Below are positions 24,064-25,075 of a stretch of 25,075 bases of DNA, in pieces. This stretch comes from Candidatus Kaiserbacteria bacterium (GTDB lineage Bacteria; Patescibacteriota; Minisyncoccia; Phycocordibacterales; UBA918). The position numbers and the translations under genes are program-made. The DNA lies in assembly GCA_043757305.1 (NCBI GenBank), contig JAYVPP010000056.1:1-25075 (forward strand), read 5' to 3'. The notes beneath the pieces were generated by a model. It searched no databases, was not told where the DNA came from, and was given only the letters and a program-made list of their open reading frames with translations. Within the stretch, counting starts at the first letter, position 1. Each line of letters opens with the position of its first letter.

Positions 24064-25075
24064 ATGGATATGAAGACGCGAGTTTTTATAGTGGGACTCG
24101 TTTTCTGTGTGTCTGCAGGAGTTGCCACAGTCTACCGAGATGCGCATACGTTTACACTTGGCACTGATGCAGAAACACCGATCCAAATGGCTACAGGTGG
24201 CGTGGTCATCACGGGAAATAATGAGGATTCGAGCTCTGCTTTAGAAGGTGCGGCCCCTGCGGAGAGCGGACAAGTCCTCGGCGCATATACCGTCACCGCC
24301 CCACGTTTTATCGAGTCGATTACAAAGACTGTCGCAGGACAAACAAAAAACCCGCTCACCCTTCAAGAACTCTTTTCTAAAAAGCATTTCGTTTATGCTG
24401 ACGTTCTGGGAGTGGGGAGCGACTACGTTGCCTCACTTACTGGCAAGGGTCTGCAGATAGTGGGCGGCAAGCTCACCTGCGCACCCGCGGGTGACAATAC
24501 ATACGGTTGTATCAACGGCAATACTCTCGACCGTCTCAGTGGAAAAGTAAGCGGGACGGATATTTCAAGCTCTGCGTCATTGCGCTCCCTCATTCAGGAT
24601 GAAACTGGCACTGGCAATATTGTATTCAATACCAACCCCTCTTTGAGTGGCGTGGTCTTGACGGACATTGGCACAAGCACACTTCTTGCAACTGACGGCA
24701 GTGGAAAGGTGGTGGGTACCACCACACCCACACTCGCAGGGCTTGTCGTGACGGGAGCTGCAACTTCCATATTTGCGAGCGGTATTGATCTTACAACCGG
24801 ATGTTTTTCTATAAACGGCACATGTCTCGGTGGCGGAGGTGTCCTCTCCATAAACGGACAAGGGGGTGCTGTAGTTCAGACGTTTGCATCGACCGCAAGT
24901 GGCACCGACTTCTCGATCGCCACATCAAGCAATACGTTCACGTTTAATCTTCCATCAGCAAGTGCGAGCAACCGCGGACTTCTTCTCTCTTCAGATTGGA
25001 ATACGTTTAATGCTAAACAGAGCGCAATCACTCCCGGCAGCCTCCTCTCATTTTCTGGTGCAACGCTCAACTCCA
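24064..25075 (+). CDS. Large Ser/Thr/Gly-rich surface/adhesin-like protein, 3'-truncated (absent from the ORF track)
   Basis: 337 open codons from ATG 24064 to the edge. N-terminal TM/signal (VFIVGLVFCVSAGVATVY), GQVLGA, DETGTGNIVFNTNPSL, TGCFSINGTCL, QTFASTASGTDFSI..FTFNLPSASASNRGLLLSSDWNTFNAKQ. Confidence 0.85.
   Translation, partial: MDMKTRVFIVGLVFCVSAGVATVYRDAHTFTLGTDAETPIQMATGGVVITGNNEDSSSALEGAAPAESGQVLGAYTVTAPRFIESITKTVAGQTKNPLTLQELFSKKHFVYADVLGVGSDYVASLTGKGLQIVGGKLTCAPAGDNTYGCINGNTLDRLSGKVSGTDISSSASLRSLIQDETGTGNIVFNTNPSLSGVVLTDIGTSTLLATDGSGKVVGTTTPTLAGLVVTGAATSIFASGIDLTTGCFSINGTCLGGGGVLSINGQGGAVVQTFASTASGTDFSIATSSNTFTFNLPSASASNRGLLLSSDWNTFNAKQSAITPGSLLSFSGATLNS

Overview
This window spans the replication origin of a bacterium with the gene content of Patescibacteria/CPR, probably Parcubacteria-like (inference from the VirB4-plus-pilin locus, reduced YebC/PolA and scarce Shine-Dalgarno sites). 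In order: the end of a VirB4-like ATPase / membrane protein / Ig-like protein / VirB2-like pilin / beta-propeller locus; yidC-rnpA-rpmH divergent from dnaA-oriC-dnaN plus a small DciA-like gene; a class A PBP; tyrS; a very acidic small protein; a ruvB-yebC-ruvC locus interrupted by two apparently foreign genes and flanked by long inverted repeats; pilB; tsaE-polA-holA; an accessory islet at the 3' end of tRNA-Lys(UUU) (NYN nuclease, Cys-rich secreted protein, 2-TM protein, frameshifted YafQ-like remnant); and a large surface protein running off the right edge that the ORF track missed. The most notable unexplained signals are (1) a promoter- and terminator-bounded structured non-coding transcript with 6S-like architecture between ruvB and pilB, (2) an array of hairpins joined by a constant 6-nt linker in the tRNA-Lys leader, (3) an HTH-less, apparently catalytically dead S24/LexA-like protein, and (4) -10 boxes 6-8 nt before seven start codons, suggesting widespread leaderless mRNAs. 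All family calls come from motifs read by eye; no searches were run.
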